Source of the DNA: Podarcis filfolensis
Lineage: Eukaryota
Length of the DNA: 64,000 nucleotides
Direction: 5' to 3' (one strand)
Assembly: GCA_964270895.1 (NCBI GenBank)
Contig: OZ185437.1
This document shows positions 46,355 through 59,456 of this stretch, piece by piece; position 1 is the stretch's first letter, and every line of letters begins with the position of its first letter. Both the position numbers and the translations under genes were made by a program. The notes below the pieces were generated by a model. The model was not told the DNA's origin. It saw only the letters and a list, made by a program, of their open reading frames with translations, and made no database searches.

Positions 46355-47557
46355 TCTAAGAGCCAGTGCTTTCTACAATACAGAATGTTATAGTTACGTG
46401 AGTTTCACGAGCCTCAAAATTCCACATTTTGTTGCATCTCTCTGTGTGTTTAGATATAGGTATATAGATCTAGATGTAAAACGTGCAGCGTTCTACATTT
46501 CTCAGCTCCAGACAAATGCTATAATTTTCAGCAGGACAGAACCAAGATCAAGAGGGCCGGTGGCAAAATGTCACATTCAGGGATCGTCTCCTATCAATAG
46601 CCCCCATCAGTGATGCAGGCCCTGGGCCAATTTTTCATATTTAACAACGCATCCTCCCTTCTCCCCAGTTGTTCCAATGTTGAATGACATCTGACCGCAG
46701 TCTTGAATTTTCCCACAGTGACCCAGAATTCAAGTGCCCTGATACTGAGGGGAATGTAGAGAGATGGACATCACTCTGTTTTTGTGAATAAGATGGCTGT
46801 CACACGCAGAAAACATGGCTGCCGTGCGGTGGGGCTTTTGTGGCATTGGCCATCTTCCTCTCCCCCCTACTTGCCCGCCCACAACAAATCATTTTGTTCT
46901 TCAAATCAACACACTGAGAAGTGTTTCACTTTGACTCAATCTTGAAACATTTGATGTAGTACCGATAGAAAATGCAATGTGTGAAGCGCTGCAAAACCTG
47001 CTCTGCCCCACCAAAAGGAACATGTTACCAGCCACTAAATTAAGTATTAAATGAAAAGGGTGCAACTCTTGAGATTGGGATCTAGTCTGCATACACACCA
47101 GAAGTTGAAAACACATGTAAAGCACATTATTCCCCTCACCAAGGAATCCTGGGTAATTTGTTAAGGGTGCTGGGAATTGTAGGTCAGTGTTAGATAGACT
47201 GCACGTCTCAGGAATTTTTTGGGGGAAATCATGTGCTTTAAATGTATGGGGTGTAACTTGGGTCTTTCATCATTGGATGGCTTAGAACTGCACCCCATTT
47301 TAAAATGGCAATAACTGGCTCTATTCATGAAGCTGTTATAAGCCAAAGTTTTTACAAATTCCTACAAAACAAAGGGTAAAACCTTTCCAAAGTTTATGCC
47401 TGCTTGAGTCCCATTCAGTTCAGACCGAGTGTTAAGCAATCCCCATTCAAACTAATGGGACAGCTTTAAAAGTCCAGACTTCTCACAGCAAAGTCCCCAA
47501 AACAGAGTAAAACCTGGCAGCAGGACCTTAGCCCCACAACACTTTGTTGTTTTAGCC

Positions 47558-47808
47558 CAGGGGTCAGCAAACCTTTACAGCAGGACGCCAGTCCACTGTC
47601 CCTCAGACCTTGTGGGGGGCCGGACTATATTTTGAAAAAAAGTAATGAACAAGTTCCTATGCCCCACAAATAACCCAGAGATGCATTTTAAATAAAAGGA
47701 AACATTCTACTCATGTAAAAACATGCTGGTTCTCGGACCGTCCACGGGCCGGATTTAGAAGGCGATTGGGCCGGATCCAGCCCCCGGGCCATAGTTTGCC
47801 TACCCATG
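47558..47808. mobile_element. hAT (Charlie-like) MITE, 251 bp
   Basis: TIRs CAGGGGTCAGCAAAC / GTTTGCCTACCCATG; perfect 8-bp TSD TTTTAGCC (47550-47557, 47809-47816). Confidence 0.92.
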
Positions 47809-48467
47809 TTTTAGCCTAAAAGCTAAAAGAAACGTTACATTTCCTCCCCCTCTCCCCATATTAATTGGCCTGCTTTTTATGGGGGCTTCTTTCCAGTGTC
47901 TCAAGGCAACAGCTGAAAAAAACCTTATTTTTCCTTTTAGGAGTGTCTAGATTTGCAACCTTGCCCTGAAGATCCAGTCTTGGTTGCAGGTGTTTGGACA
48001 AGGCCACCTTCAACATTCACAGCGTTATCATACTAAAAGTTCTTCTGGATTATTTATCCAGCAATGAAAAACTGCACCAACGACTCCAAGATATATTCTG
48101 GTAAACCTTCACTGTGGAACAGACAGATGTTAAAGCAATACAACTCATGGCTTAGACCCTGTGTTTTCAGCTAATCCATAAATGCATCATTTCTGGTTCT
48201 TTTTCTACATTGTTTTTAGGTAGAGATTATTTGGAAGCACATTGCAGAGAAAAAACCCCACCACTCTTTATTTATGTGATAAATAATAAAATAAAATAAA
48301 ATAAAATGTTATACAAAGAATAAATACTAAGACAGTATGAAGAGTACATCAGCACGTTAGTGCAGATTTTTTTATGTCTCTCTGGTTCAGGTTTTCACTT
48401 CATCAGAACTTACCAAGGATCAATGTCACCTGAGGCTAAGGGACCAAAATGAACCTTGCATCATAAA

Positions 48468-48686
48468 CAGTGGAACCTCTACTCACGTACGGAATCCGTT
48501 CCGGAGGTCCGTTCGTGAGTCGATCCTGGTCGCTGGTAGAAGCACTGTTCTGCGCATGTGCAGACGGCAGAAGCCACTTCTGCACGTGCGTGAATCGCGG
48601 CAAACCTGGTATTTACTTCTGGATTTGCTGCAGTCACGAGTCGAATTGTTTATGAGTCGGGGTGGTGGTAAGTCGAGGTTCTACTG
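48468..48686. mobile_element. Tc1/mariner MITE related to 44766-45008
   Basis: CAGTGGAACCTC ... GAGGTTCTACTG|TA; shares GGAATCCGTTCCGG..GTCCGTTC with 44766-45008. Confidence 0.85.
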
Positions 48687-49815
48687 TACAAGCTATGAGT
48701 GTGAAACAGTGACTTCCACATCTTAACCACATTTTAGTCTTACGATCAACAGCAGCCTTTCTTTAGCTTGGGTCCCCAGATGTTGTTGGACTACAACTCC
48801 CATCATCCCTGACCACTGGTCCTGCTAGCTAGGGAAGATGGGAGTTGTAGTTCAACCACACCTGGTTGGAAAAGGTTGATCTTGAGGGCCCAAAAGGGAG
48901 GGAGTCGTAGCCTCAATCCATCAAACAGTGTCAGTGCGGAAGACCTAAAACATTGCAAACAACCTTCACTAATCTTTTCTTTCTTTCATTCATTTTACAA
49001 GGATAAAAATAAAGTTGTCCAGCTATCTGGCCAGACTAAATGCAACTCCTGGCATTTATTGCAGCAGGAGAGCTACACAGGTGCACTCTCATTTTCAGCT
49101 CCATTTGGGGAAACAGAGACGACCGTCTCCTTTCCAGTGCCATTAACTTATTTACAGCTGGACCTGGAGACATTCTATTCATCATCACAAAGTATAAAGC
49201 CAAATGTCCCTTCCTCCTCCCTCCTTATTTCTTCCCCCCTTTTTTTTTCAGGAGCACCACAGATTAACAGGTTAGAATGTTTTCCACATGTCCATTTTTA
49301 CTGTCAGGAGAATATTAAAGACGTTTTCCAGCTTCCGCAACTCAGCCAGATGTCCGTGGATCCCACGGTGAGAGCAAAATTGGCAAAGTAGCCTTCTCAT
49401 GACCCCAGCATTGTTTTATCAAGGATCGGTTTTAAAGTATAAAGGGCCGTTTCTTGCTGAGATCCGTAATGTTTTGCAGCCCTTTCCCCTGCAATTACAC
49501 AAAAGTGCTGACTTTGTTGAACTACTGATACGCGGTAGTATTTCTTATGACTCCTCTCACACTGTGCTGTAATTGATGTTTGCCTTGGCACCCGAAAGGT
49601 ACCAGGTCTTATTTCCACTGTACATTTCCGGACACTGGTTTCAGTAACATCAGCGTAGGATATTGTACTGGGCGTATGTTTTGTTGTGTAAACATTCGCT
49701 GGTGATTTACCCTGTCAATCTCCGCAGACTAGCCTCTAATTACCAGGGGCCTCAGATGGACAATTCCTAACATATTTTCTATAGCTGCACCAGTTGGTTT
49801 GCCCTTCACTGATGT

Positions 49816-49935
49816 TGTCAGGAAGAAGAGGAACCAACCCCCAAGGCAGGTTGCCAGGAACGGATAAGACAAGGAAAACTCATTACCACCTGCTTTTTAT
49901 TCAATATTCACAGAGAGAGGCTTGGGAACTGTAGA
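49816..49935 (-). mobile_element. 3' fragment of an LTR-C-family LTR
   Basis: Reverse complement AAGCCTCTCTCTGTGAATATTGAATAAA...CCTTGTCTTATCCGTTCC...GGGGGTTGG...CCTGACA matches 41876-41980. Confidence 0.85.
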
Positions 49936-51218
49936 GCTTCTTCTTCTTCTTCTTCCTTTTTTTTTTTTACAAAAACACCAAAAAACCATGATTTTTCAAT
50001 GGACGCCTGATTTTTCCAGGGCAAAGCACCCTATTTTGGAAATTCCCTCTGGACATCATTTCTGCCTTTGAAATCTGGACATATGGCAGCCCTAATTTAA
50101 TTTGTTGTACAAGCATACGAATACCAACTGATTACTACAACTAATAAAGCACCCACACTGTAAAGAATTTTTTTTCTAAGCGCTTCCTTTTAAAAAATTA
50201 AAATAAAAAGCAAGGAGTTTGATTCCATAAATCTATGAAACTTTTGGGAAAGGCCTTGTTCACAGCATTTGGAAGAAATTTTCTTCTAGTCCAGAAAAAA
50301 AGTGTCTGTTTCTGACCCAAAGAGGGAGAGATGGAGAGGGAGAAAGAGAGAGAGTCTAGCCCTGATCCCTTTGGAACTGGAGGATACCAGCTCTTAACAT
50401 AGTAATTTAAGCAGTCAAGTTAAAAAAGGCACAGTAAGATGATAAAAGGAGATCTATAAAGAGGCTACTGCTGCGATTGCGTGGGAGGGTGGCTATTAAA
50501 ACAGCGTCGGGGGGCCCTTTCCACACAACAATCTGCTTTTTCCCTTTTCTTCTAATGCTATACTTGTACTACTGTGAATCCAGCATCAGATCCCACGTAG
50601 CAAAACAATGGTACCCTAGTTATAGAATAGATAGCCCTACTGCAGAATACTTTCATCATCATCATCATCAAATCTTTAAAATTAAAAAAAAGGAAATTGC
50701 CATAACATGTTGACGAACTGCTAAGGAAAGAGGAAGCCTTGGTGATGCTGGACACTTCTGTTTGTTGGCTTCTTTAAGGGCTATATCAACATTCACCAAC
50801 TGGGTGCCCTCCAAATATTTTAGACCACAACTCCAATCAGCCCAGGCAAGGCTGGGCCATAGGAGCATGTCTGCCTTGGAGTAAAATTGCAGGAGCGATC
50901 AGTCCCTAACAGCATGATCCTGCACCTGTCTGCTCAGAAGTCTACATGAGTTTAGTGAGTCTTACCTCCAGTAAGATTGCAGCCTAAAGCACTTTAAATA
51001 TATACATTTTTTAAAACTTTATAAAGCTTATAATTAAATAATAACAAGGGACTGGTGGATAGGACTTGAGTTTTGGTGCTTCTCACTAGTAAACATCATC
51101 ATATCCAATAGAGGTCTACAACACTCACACAACCTTATTCCAATATAGCCAACTCTTGGAACTAAACAATGGGGTAAAGAGGTGGGGGAAGCAAAATGAC
51201 ATTTCCCCAGAAGGAATA

Positions 51219-51601
51219 AGGTAAGGTAAAGGCAAAGGACCCCTGGATGAGTAAGTCCAGTCAAAGGCGACTATGGGGTTGCAGCACTCATCTTGTTTTC
51301 AGGCCGAGGGAGCCGGCGTTTGTCCACAGACAGCTTTCCGGGTCATGTGGCCAGCAGGACTAAACCGCTTCTGGCACAACGGGACACCATGATGGAAACC
51401 AGAGCACACGGAAATGCCGTTTACCTTCCCGCTGGAGCGGTACCTGTTTATCTACTTGTACTGGTGTGCTTTCAAACTGCTAGATTGACAGGAGCTGGGA
51501 CAAAGCAACGGGAGCTCACTCCATTGTGGGGATTTGAACCACCGACCTTCTGATCGGCAAGCCCAAGAGGCTCAGTGGTTTAGACCACAGCACCACCCAT
51601 G
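51219..51601 (+). mobile_element. Sauria SINE
   Basis: Typical body; 15-bp TSD TCCCCAGAAGGAATA (51204-51218, 51602-51616). Confidence 0.95.
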
Positions 51602-53865
51602 TCCCCAGAAGGAATATTGTGATAGGGGCACTCTAAGTGCCACGTTTCCTTCAACCAGAGCTAGGGATGGCGAAGAAATCTGGTTCACATTTTAATATGA
51701 AACTCCCTAGTTCACAGTTCCTGAAACAATACGTGAACCGGTTATGCTTCTCGATTTGTACTTCCGCAAATGTGCACATCACATTTGCGTATCATGGCAT
51801 ATAAAAATGTTTATATTGGGAGATATTGGCACTAAAACTCTGGCGAGTTTTCATGAGGACTTTTTAAAAATGCACACTGATGTGGAAACATGAAGAACTG
51901 AAATTAAGACTGGGAAATGGGAAATGGGAGAAAACAAAATTGAGAGATTCATCCATCTCATACCGGAGCTCTGCCTTAAGGAAAGGTACCTAGAGTCTGT
52001 GTAGCACATGTATAACAACTGTATACTTAGTGTACACACACACATATTAAGAAAGGCACCAGGAAAACAGCAGTGAATGATAGAATTAAAGGAGACGAGG
52101 CATCTGTTTGTTATATTTTCCATTTTCCTGTGGAGCTACCAGCCTAATCCCCACTTCACTTATGCATTAAAGCGGTCAATGTTAAGGGAAAAGGGTGATT
52201 TGAGGAAGCCATCAGAGCCAAAGTGTAAGCAGAAAACATGATAATGCACACATAAAATTAAGGCTTAACAACTCATCTTGCATGACATGGATCCTACTAA
52301 AAGTTTTTATACAGTTGAGTTGCAGTTTAACTTGAACCTGAATGGGCCTCAGATGGGATATTGTATGCAGTTTTGGTCACCACTTTGGCACATTGAGGAG
52401 AATCTAAGAGGCAAAGAGCCCAGAAGAGGTTTTTCCCCCCTTTCTTTTTGTGTTTAAAGCATGGTGGCGGGGGGAGTTTAGAATGCCAGATGTATGAAAA
52501 ATAAGACTTTAAAATGAGGGGAGTTTTTCCTAGAATGGGGTGCTCAGAGTATGGCCTAAACAAAAACAATAAAGTGTATTCAAAGCATTTCCAAGTTTCA
52601 CGAAGAAAGCAGAAATGACATGGTGATTGACATGGTGAGATAGGACAAATGATGGATGCTTCTTCTTCGTATCTGATCTGAGCAACCAACTAGGTACAAG
52701 ACCAATCTGAGTGACATGTGCTGAGAGCTACAAATGATTTCCAAATATATAAGCCCTCCTCCGACTGCTTATGAGGTGTAAAATGCTTTTCAAAAACAAC
52801 ACAAGACTCCTGAGAAGGCAAAAGCGATTCCTCGTGCTAACAGAAAGGCAGTGATATATGTGACAGATGATGCTGACTGGCTATGAAGAGCTGAAAAAAT
52901 TCACAGTGGAGGAGTTACATATTTAATTAGAAAGCCTGAAATACAAATTACCTCCAGGAGAAATCAATTTAATAAAGCCCAGAGGAAAAAGAGCCATATA
53001 AAGTGGTAGGCCCAAATCCATCCCTCATCCTTCCCCTTTTTTTCAATGAAAATAAGGTGTCTGAATTTTACACAAGTCCCTAAACACTGCATAGATTTTA
53101 TCCCTGGTCAACGCTGCAACTCCCTGTGGGCCATTTGTTATATATTCTTGAGGAATGCTTATTTCCAGAATAAGAACAACTCTAGGGAAAGATCGTTGGG
53201 GTTCTGAACTAAGGTCACATTTGCATCACCCATTTCAAGCTCTATGACACCACTTTAAATAGTCATGGCTTCCCCCAAAGAATTCTGGGAGCTGTAGTTT
53301 CTTAAGGGGGTTGCAAGTTGTTAGGAGACTCTTTCCTGAAACCCTGGAGAACTACTGCCAGTCAGTGCAGACCAAGGTTTCCCAAACTTGGGTCTCCAGC
53401 AGTATTTGGATTACAATTCCCATCACCTCTGACCTCTGGTTCTGCTAGTTTAGGATGATTGGAGTTGTAGTCCAAAAACAGCCGGAGACAAGTTTGAGAA
53501 ACCTTGGAATACTGAGCTAGATAGACCAGTGGCGTGACCCAATATAAGACAGCTTCCTATGTATCTCAGTTCATATTGTTTTCTTGGAAGAGTTCAAAAA
53601 TGAGTTGGCTGGTTGGCAGGGAAACCAACCCAGTAAATGTTATGGACTACTGGGTCTCAAGACAAGGGCCTGGATCCAGCTGGGTGCATGTGCAGGAACT
53701 GGGCAACATATGAAGAGCTTTCTTTAAAAACAACTGTTGTGGCTGATCAGCTGCTTGATGGGGAACTTCATTTACTTGGCCCGCCTCACCTTCCCTTGTC
53801 TTAATCCAGTTTCCTGTGTATATTAGAATGATTCTTGCTTCCAAGAGAGGCTGACATGGCCGTTG

Positions 53866-55527
53866 CATAGCTGTCAACTTACAGATTTGAAAATAAGGGA
53901 CCAGCAGCCTCGAAAATAAGGGATCAGCTCACCACTAGAGGTAATGAGTGTAAAGAAAATCAATATGAGAGGGAATTGGATTACCTATGGAGAGTTAGTA
54001 ATTAAAGAGGGGGGGGAATGGAAAATGAAGCCATATGAACAAGTTAAAGATCATGTCTATGATCGGTTGCATTATCTTCAGGTAAATGAAATGTTTAAAA
54101 AGGACCTTAAAGAGAGGGGATATATAGAGAAAGAATCGAAATTTCAAACAGAGATAATTGACAATGATGTTAAGACAATGTCAAAAATGTACAAAATACT
54201 TTTGGAATGGCAAACGAAAGATGAGGAGATAAAGTCGGTTATGATACATCGGGCCAGAGATTTTGGTTATAATATACAGTTGGCTGATTGGGAAAAAGTA
54301 TGGAATGAAAATATGAAATTTACTGCATGTATGGCGTTAAAGGAGAATATTATGAAAATGGTATACAGATGGTATATTACACCCGTAAAGTTAGCAAAAA
54401 TGTTCAAAACATGTAACAAGTGTTGGAAATGTAAAGAAAAAGAAGGATCATTTTTTCATATGTGGTGGGAATGTAAGAGGGTAAAGGGTTTCTGGGAAAT
54501 GATATATAATGAGTTGAAAAAGATGTTTAAATACACGTTTGTAAAAAAACCAGAAGCCTTTTTGTTAGGAATAACAGGAAGAGAGATAAATAGAAGTGAT
54601 CACAAACTTTTTCAGTATGCAGTAACAGCGGCAAGAATATTAATGGCCCAAAAATGGAAACAAGAGGAACTACCGACCTTGAATGAGTGGAGTATGAAAC
54701 TTATGGACTATGCAGAATTGGATAAAATGACTGGAAAAATCAGATATCAGAAAGATCACAAATTCATCGAGGACTGGGGAAAGTTCACGGATTATCTGAA
54801 AACTATCTGTGATGAACAGACAACGCTAGTGGGTTTTAAGGAGGCTTTGTGATAGTATAAGGTATATTGTAAAAAAGAAATAGAGATGGAAAGATAATAT
54901 TAAATTGGCAATATCATATAGAAAATGCGTGAAGATAAGAAAAATGGATGATTGAGGGATGTGCTGGTGGAAGTTCAAAAACAGGAAATTTGTAAACATG
55001 GTTGTATGGATTTATTTGTAAAGGAAAAGCTTAATAAAAATTTATAAAACTGAAAATAAGGGATCAGCAGCCAAAATAAGGGATTTTCAGAGCACAGGTA
55101 TGTTCAGCTTCTGAGCCCCTCTGAGCCAAAGGCAGAAAGCCCAGCCAGCAGCCAAACGAAGCCTCAAGCGGTGGTTCCCACAGCGCAGCAACCCGGCAAA
55201 GGGGATGCAGCAAGGAAAACCACTGTCACCTCTCCGCTGGGAATTGCTGAGCAAAGGCGAGTCCCCAGGCAACACGGCCGATTTGCTCGGCACAAGGCAT
55301 GCAAGCTCCATCCCCCAGTCATTCTTAGACTCCTTATTGGGTGAGCAACGCAGCCAAGCAACACAGTTGGAGCCTCCTTCCTCCCTGGCCGGCAGGGAGG
55401 GAGGGAGAGGAGCTGCTTCCTTTGAAACCCGGGAAATTTAAGGGACATCATCAATAAGGGACAGCAGTGGGACACAGCGCTGGGATAAGGGACTTTCCCG
55501 CCAAATAAGGGACGGTTGACAGCTATG
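53866..55527. mobile_element. Non-autonomous hAT element (about 520 bp of own sequence) carrying a nested L1
   Basis: Perfect 13-bp TIR CATAGCTGTCAAC / GTTGACAGCTATG; perfect 8-bp TSD GGCCGTTG (53858-53865, 55528-55535); repeated subterminal ATAAGGGA(C/T). Confidence 0.93.
53929..55051 (+). mobile_element. Young 5'-truncated L1/Tx1-type LINE (ORF2 C-terminal 302 codons open, 53944-54852)
   Basis: CNKCWKCKEKEGSFFHMWWEC zinc-binding region, PEAFLLGI, AARILMAQKWK; AATAAA and A-rich tail; 17-bp TSD GAAAATAAGGGATCAGC (53912-53928, 55052-55068). Confidence 0.93.
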
Positions 55528-58500
55528 GGCCGTTGTAGAGTGCAGGATGAAGCTAGAGGCCCCCTTTCCAGTCCCTGACACTTCAGAACAGCGCAAAAGC
55601 CTCATATATTCAAATATTACTGAATAAGTGGTAACGCTAGTAAGAGCAACAGTGAGTAAACACATCATTTCAAAAAGTCTTTGCAGAATTTGTTAAGACT
55701 ATCTGAAAGAAGCACCGTATCGTTTGATAGCATTCCGGGTTATATAATTCTAGGATAGCTTCTTTGCATTTTGGATTGCAAGGCCAAACTACACATTGCA
55801 CAAGGAGATCCAGGATTCCAAATCCTGATATTTTGAGTTTAACTTTAAAAGCTGCCAGGGACAGGGGGCTTCCAAATTATCCTGTGCCATTCTCTTAATC
55901 TAACACCACCACCCCCAAAGTTGCTGTTAGCTGCTGCGGAGAGGACACATACAGGCTCCTAGACACACCCGACAACCATAAAAGGCAAGAATGCCATGAT
56001 TCAATTCTATATGTAGCATCAGACTAAGCACCATGTGCTATTGATATGGTTTTCCAGAAGATGCAGGTTTGGGGAATTGCCGGACTGAAAAAAACCTGTG
56101 TCTATTTATAAAATAAGTCCTGTTACACTTACCGTTTTCCTCCAAAATTCACTCTGCTTCCTGAAGGATATATTGGCCATATAAGTAATGGGGATCCAAA
56201 AATATCTGGACTCCATTGTTTCTCACGCTAGTCTACATCCCCACCCCCTGTTAAATACATGGAAAATTGGAAATCTTATCTTCATTTTCCATGGTTCAGT
56301 AAGACATATGTTAAAGAAATAGAATCTGGGAACTGGAGACTGAATCTTCCACCACCTCGTTGGTATGATCACAGCAGGAAACCTTTTTTTATATTTACAA
56401 TTTTTATTTATTTCAGCCACTTAACAAAATTTGTTTATTACTCTTGTCTAATCCTTAAGATTAAGATTTCTAGTACAACACTCTGAAAAATCAAAGCACA
56501 GAATGCTCACTACATATTTGGCAATTTTCCATATAGAATTCAGAAGACCAAGCCGTGTGTGTGTGTGTGTGTGTCTTAACAAGTATATACAATTGTTTCT
56601 CCTAACTTGGTTTGTGAATGCAGAAGATGCTACCAAATCCCAATAAATGGTTATCACTTTTTCATCAAATAATCCACTTTTATTTTATGAAGTCAACACA
56701 ACATATATCAAATGACACCTATGAATGAGACAGAGAGTATAAAAAGCAGCCAGCGATACAGATCATTCTACATGTAGATATGTTGCTACAGCTGAATACT
56801 ACCACTCCTTTATCATCCTTCTCCCAAAATCCTCACCAGTTGCCCCCTTCCACATTAGCTCCAAGGTCCTAATGCAGGTCACAGAATCATAGAATCGTCT
56901 TTTGAATGATGTCCTGGTACAGTTTGTGTGGATTCTACCTTAGAGCATTTCTTGATGTTGCTCTCAGCTGCAACTTTTAAGCACTGAACTAGGAGCTGCA
57001 ACTTGAAGAATGTCAAAGAAAAAAATACCTCCTCTCATAAATCTTTTGACCTACCACTGGTGCAGTGGATAATCTCTGTTGATTCTACTAATATAAGATG
57101 TTGGCATTCTACATGTGTTGAGTGTGGATGATCACCGGCACTTTGGCTGAGAAAACCAGCCAATCATGTGTGAACACTGCATCTGGGTTGAAAAAAATGT
57201 TCTTAAATTGGCCTACACAGAGACAGTCATAACCCACAAACAAATCATAATATACACCCAATGTTGTCAAATCCCCCTGAAAGCGGATCAGGATTAATGG
57301 CCAATAAACAGGTAGCCTGGAAGCGCCCTGAGTTTCTAGGCAGAAACTATGCCATTTTGGGCTCTGTACAAGCCTCCAGCAAGTTGTTAAATCCAAATGT
57401 TGAGTTGTTATGGTAGAAGCAGTAACAGTACTGGTCATGACAGGAGCAACTAGTATCAGTTATACATCTTGTTGGTCCAGATTGTTTCCTTCTCCCTTGG
57501 AGGTCGCACAGTTTCCTATAAATAATGGTTTGCCATTTCACATTGCCTTTGACATGTTATCCAGTCTACACATGCAGTTTTACTCAAAGCACTCTTTTTA
57601 CTCAAACAGCCAGCCACGCCTCCTCCTTCTTGCTGACTTTGTCACTTCTATAAATTCTATAGTCTGATATTTTAATATCCCAGTTTCTGGGTTCAGCCAA
57701 GTTTCACCCACCAAGCAAAGACTTAGCCATACTTCTGTTTAAAATCTTATTGTTTTGAAACATTCCTTCATATGCTTTTTTCATTTGCACCAAAAACACA
57801 CTATTTAGAAAGACATCATATCCCAATTTGATGTCTGACATTTATTCCTTTCAGTGGCATCAACAATTAGATCAGGCTTCAAACTACTTACTCTGGAGAA
57901 ATCTTTTTATTTTTATTTTAGCAATGCCTCTTCAGGGTAAATGGCTTGAGCACTGTAATCTTAACCTTTGAATGTTTTGGCTAAGCAGTCAGCCATCTTT
58001 CACTACTTACTCCTTCCCTAGAACAACCCTTATAAAACCTCTTAGGTAGTTTCTTATGCAGATTCAGTGACTTCATCCAATATTATTTGGAGTAGGGCAC
58101 AACTGAATGATGGAAAGTTTTCCTCATCAAATACCATCAAAGTATTGTTATTTGCGGGAGGGGAGGGCTGGAGGCTGACTACTATCGCTGCCAGAACAGG
58201 GAAAAAAATAGCGGGCACAAACATGCTGAGCAGAAGAAGACAGCAACAATCTAGAGAACTGGTGCAAGAATATTACAGCCTACAGTTCGCTAAATAATAG
58301 GAGACAGAATGTTGCTCTGCTTTCATTCATTCAGGAATGGTCTTTACAGGAATTGTCTTTATACTTCTCATTGTCATGCTAGTTGTTAAATTTACTCAGG
58401 CAGGGGTCAACATGTTAGATGTCAAATTTACTCAGGCAGGGGTCAACAATTTTTACACACATTGAAAGCCCGACTGTATACATACCCTACCCAAAGCTTA

Positions 58501-58925
58501 GAGCTTATGCAGGTACATTGCAGCCAAACACATACAACTAAGGGAGCCCCTTTTAAAGGGCTGGGTAACAAAAAGACTTTTCAGAGAAGTCACAACCCTT
58601 TCTTGTCTACCATTTTATCTCTCGAAAGAAAGAAAGAAAGGACAGATGGATGGAAGGATGGATGGAAGGAAGGAAGGAAGGAAGGAAGGAAGGAAGGGAA
58701 GAGCTGTTTACTATAGCTTTTCAGAAGTGTGCATTGTTCAACTCTGGAGAAAGTATACTTTTGTCAGGCCAAGTGCAAAGTTGTAATGTGCCCCAACTCC
58801 TACAATCCTGTTTTGAAAAAGTGGAGGACTGACTTTTGCCCTTCCACTTTTTCCCATTTTCTTTAGGCACTTTTCCCCATTTTCTTTAGGCATTTCTAGG
58901 TACCCACATTGTATTCCTAGTCACT

Positions 58926-59210
58926 GAAGAAGAAGAAGAAGAAGAAGAAGAAGAAGAAGAAGAAGAAGAAGAAGAGTTTGGATTTGATATCCCACCTTTC
59001 ACTCCCTTTAAGGAGTCTCAAAGCGGCTAACATTCTCCTTTCCCTTCCTCCCCCACAACAAACACTCTGTGAGGTGAGTGGGGCTGAGAGACTTCAAAGA
59101 AGTGTGACTGGCCCAAGGTCACCCAGCAGCTGCATGTAGAGGAGTGGAGACGCGAACTCGGTTCCCCAGATTACGAGACTACCGCTCTTAACCACTACAC
59201 CACACTGGCT
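58926..59210 (-). mobile_element. tRNA-derived SINE with (CTT)n tail (same family as 14793-15038)
   Basis: Reverse complement of the 14793 copy; (GAA)n at 58926-58975. Confidence 0.88.
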
Positions 59211-59382
59211 CTCTCTGCATTCTCATTCTTCTACTTATAGCTATCTTGCCCCTGGGGACTTCCCCGCTTGACTCCTATTTTGTAGGAGCATCATCCACTC
59301 AGTTTCTACTGGTCCACAGCTTCCTTTACTATACCCAACTCCTGTTTTCAAGGTCAATTTTTGGATTGCCTCACAGTTAATC

Positions 59383-59391
59383 TCATCTATC

Positions 59392-59422
<31 letters not shown>

Positions 59423-59456
59423 ATCATCATCATATATCTATCTTATCTATCTATCT
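59383..59456. repeat. Imperfect (ATCT)n microsatellite
   Basis: Direct read. Confidence 0.85.

Noticed and set aside
53944-54852. 302-aa ORF as a host gene
   Set aside because: It is the C-terminus of L1 ORF2 with A-rich tail and TSD.
58381-58452. 36-bp tandem duplication; also short duplications at about 43720-43756 and 58845-58893
   Set aside because: Two-copy local slippage duplications, common in introns.
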